Positions 60,726 through 64,000 of a stretch of 64,000 bases of DNA are shown here, piece by piece (the stretch's first letter is position 1; every line of letters begins with the position of its first letter). The stretch covers positions 73,162,001 to 73,226,000 of the forward strand of contig NC_086097.1 in assembly GCF_963921235.1 (NCBI RefSeq), in the 5' to 3' direction. The translations under genes were made by a program, and so were the position numbers. The notes under the pieces are model-generated. The model did no database searches. It was not told the DNA's origin and saw nothing but the letters and a program-made list of their open reading frames with translations. The DNA is from Mobula hypostoma. Its lineage: Eukaryota.

Positions 60726-63455
60726 TAGAAACATAGAAAATAGGTGCAGGAGTAGGCCATTCGGCCCTTCGAGCCTGCACCACCATTTATTATGATCATG
60801 GCTGATCATCCAACTCAGAACCCCGCCCCAGCCTTCCCTCCATACCCCCTGACCCCCGTAGCCACAAGGGCCATATCTAACTCCCTCTTAAATATAGCCA
60901 ATGAACTGGCCTCAACTGTTTCCTGTGGCAGAGAATTCCACAGATTCGCCACTCTCTGTGTGAAGACGTTTTTCCTAATCTCGGTCCTAAAAGGCTTCCC
61001 CTCTATCCTCAAACTGTGGCCCCTCGTTCTGGACTTCCCCAACATCGGGAACAATCTTCCTGCATCTAGCCTGTCCAATCCCTTTAGGATCTTGTACGTT
61101 TCAATCAGATCCCCCCTCAATCTTCTAAATTCCAACGAGTACAAGCCCAGTTCATCCAGTCTTTCTTCATATGAAAGTCCTGCCATCCCAGGAATCAATC
61201 TGGTGAACCTTCTTTGTACTCCCTCTAAGGTAAGGATGTGTTTCCTCAGATTAGGGGACCAAAACTGCACACAATACCCCAGGTGTGGTCTCACCAAGGC
61301 CTTGTACAACTGCAGTAGTACCTCCCTGCTCCTGTACTCGAATCCTCTCGCTATAAATGCCAGCATACCATTTGCCTTTTTCACCGCCTGCTGTACCTGC
61401 ATGCCCACTTTCAATGACTGGTGTATAATGACACCCAGGTCTCGTTGCACCTCCCCTTTTCCTAATCGGCCACCATTCAGATAATAATCTGTTTTCCTAT
61501 TTTTGCCACCAAAGTGGATAACTTCACATTTATCCACATTAAATTGCATCTGCCATGAATTTGCCCACTCACCCAACCTATCCAAGTCACCCTGCATCCT
61601 CTTAGCATCCTCCTCACAGCTAACACTGCCACCCAGCTTCGTGTCATCTGCAATCTTGGAGATGCTGCATTTAATTCCCTCATCCAAGTCATCAATATAT
61701 ATTGTAAACAACTGGGGTCCCAGCACTGAGCCTTGCGGCACCCCACTAGCCTGCCATTCTGAAAAGGTCCCGTTTATTCCCACTCTTTGCTTCCTGTCTG
61801 CTAACCAATTCTCCACCCACACCAATACCTTACCCCCAATACCGTGTGCTTTAAGTTTGCTCACTAATCTCCTGTGTGGGACCTTGTCAAAAGCCTTTTG
61901 AAAATCCAAATATACCACATCCACTGGTTCTCCCCTATCCACTCTACTAGTTACATCCTCAAAAAATTCTATGAGATTCGTCAGACATGATTTTCCTTTC
62001 ACAAATCCATGCTGACTTTGTCCGATCATTTCACCGCTTTCCAAATGTGCTGTTATCACATCCTTGATAACTGACTCCAGCATTTTCCCCACCACCGACG
62101 TTAGGCTAACCGGTCTATAATTCCCCGGTTTCTCTCTCCCTCCTTTTTTAAAAAGTGGAGTTACATTAGCCACCCTCCAATCCTCTGGAACTAGTCCAGA
62201 ATCTAACGAGTTTTGAAAAATTATCACTAATGCATCCACTATTTCTTGGGCTACTTCCTTAAGCACTCTAGGATGCAGACCATCTGGCCCTGGGGATTTA
62301 TCTGCCTTCAATCCCTTCAATTTACTAACACCACTTCCCTACTAACATGTATTTCGCTCAGTTCCTCCATCTCATTGGACCCTCTATCCCCTACTATTTC
62401 TGGAAGATTATTTATGTCCTCCTTAGTGAAGACAGAACCAGAGTAATTATTCAATTGGTCTGCCATGTCCTTGCTCCCCATAATCAATTCACCTGTTTCT
62501 GTCTGCAGGGGACCTACATTTGTCTTTACCAGTCTTTTCCTTTTTACATATCTATAAAAGCTTTTACAGTCCGTTTTTATGTTCCCTGCCAGTTTTCTCT
62601 CATAATCTTTTTTCCCCTTCCTAATTAAGCCCTTTGTCCTCCTCTGCTGAACTCTGAATTTCTCCCAGTCCTCAGGTGAGCCACTTTCTCTGGCTAATTT
62701 GTATGCTTCTTCTTTGGAATTGATACTATCCCTAATTTCTCTTGTCAGCCACGGGTGCACTACCTTCCTTGATTTATTCTTTTGCCAAACTGGGTGAACA
62801 ATTGTTGTAGTTCATCCATGCAACCTTTAAATGCTTGCCATTGCATATCCACCGTCAATCCTTTAAGTGTCATTTGCCAGTCTATCTTAGCTAATTCACG
62901 TCTCATACCTTCAAAGTTACCCCTCTTTAAGTTCAGAACCTTTGTTTCTGAATTAACTATGTCACTCTCCATCTTAATGAAGAATTCCACCATATTATGG
63001 TCACTCTTACCCAAAGGGCCTCTCACGACAAGATCGCTAATTAACCCTTCCTCATTGCTAAAAACCCAGTCCAGAATAGCCTGCTCTCTAGTTGGTTCCT
63101 CGACACGTTGGTTCAAAAAACCATCCCGCATACATTCCAAGAAATCCTCTTCCTCAGCACCTTTACCAATTTAGTTCACCCAATCTACATGTAGATTGAA
63201 GTCACCCATTATAGCTGCTTTTCCTTTATTGCACACATTTCTAATTTCCTGTTTAATACCATCTCCGACCTCACTACTACTGTTAGGTGGCCTGTACACA
63301 ACTCCCACCAGCGTCTTCTGCCCCTTAGTGTTACGCAGCTCTACCCATATCGATTCCACATCTTCCCGGCTTATGTCCTTCCTTTCTATTGCGTTAATCT
63401 CTTCTTTAACCAGCAATGCCACCCCACCTCCCCTTCCTTCATGTCTATCCCTGTT
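60726..63455 (-). mobile_element. Young CR1 LINE, most of ORF2 (EN plus RT), frameshifted
   Basis: 501-aa ORF 60815..62320 with RT motifs (KIADD variant); EN pieces VYRPPNS, GDFN, SDHN; ATTGATA on both flanks. Confidence 0.95.
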
Positions 63456-63844
63456 ATTGATACAGGAAGCATGGTGACACTTGCGGGATGCCCCCAGCAC
63501 ATCCTTGGGCACAAGCTACACCTTTCCCTTTAGGTTTCAATGTTTCGTTGTACATGTGACAAACAAAGCTGATCTTTAACCGTATTTAATGATTGCTTTA
63601 TAATTGAGTCACTTTGTAGACAAAGGTGGGTCATTATCTTCCTCTGCTTCCTTATCATGCTGATCTTCTTCAGAGAGTTCTGAATTATTTCCTTGCAGTC
63701 CCATCCCATCTTGTGAAGTAGGCAAAGAAAATACAGGTAAATTGATGCCATCCATTGTATTTAATTCAATCAAATTGATTGGGTACTTTCTGGCTTGATG
63801 TTGGGAAATTTGGGTGCACAGAGAGATGTGGACATTTAAAGGAG

Positions 63845-63965
63845 AAACATACAAAATGCTGGAGCATCTATGAAAATGGATAAATAGTTGATGTTTCGTG
63901 CCAAGATCTTTTATTGGGACTGGAAAGGAAGTGGGAAGATGCCAGAATAAAACGATGGTGAGAGG
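63845..63965 (-). mobile_element. PLE tail relic
   Basis: caaaatgctgg...gcatctatg...gatgtttcg matches the other PLE tails. Confidence 0.6.
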
Positions 63966-64000
63966 ACCAGTTAGAATGTAATGGGTGAAGCCACATGGGT

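Noticed and set aside
60792..61901. Long antisense ORFs over CR1 (also 1596..2057 and 10984..11241)
   Set aside because: Shadow ORFs of CR1 ORF2 with no independent evidence.
60815..62320. 501-aa ORF as a functional or domesticated RT gene
   Set aside because: It is part of a frameshifted CR1 ORF2, with FADD changed to IADD and a 2-codon deletion; multicopy.

Overview
This is vertebrate nuclear DNA, most likely from a cartilaginous fish (ray-like; inferred from the repeat families, not proven). Most of the window is a mosaic of nested, decayed transposons. These include CR1 LINEs, Rex1/Babar-type LINEs, and Neptune-type Penelope-like elements (PLEs) carrying minimal hammerhead-ribozyme motifs. 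There are also three solo LTRs, tRNA-derived SINEs, and DNA transposons (Chapaev3, Tigger/MER2-like, Tc1, Harbinger, hAT-Charlie). No intact transposon ORF is present; nearly all ORF-track entries are TE fragments or their antisense shadows. Host content is limited to a CpG-rich promoter with a likely first exon at ~54.8-55.0 kb and a few phase-compatible candidate exons of an unidentified gene at 28-40.6 kb. The most notable observations are: (1) a size series of TSD-flanked inverted PLE insertions, the two smallest folding back at the ribozyme; (2) a MITE strongly resembling human MER2; (3) a RAG1-related Chapaev3 derivative; and (4) a ~63-bp module shared between a Harbinger MITE and a hAT element. 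Boundaries without a stated TSD or TIR are approximate.
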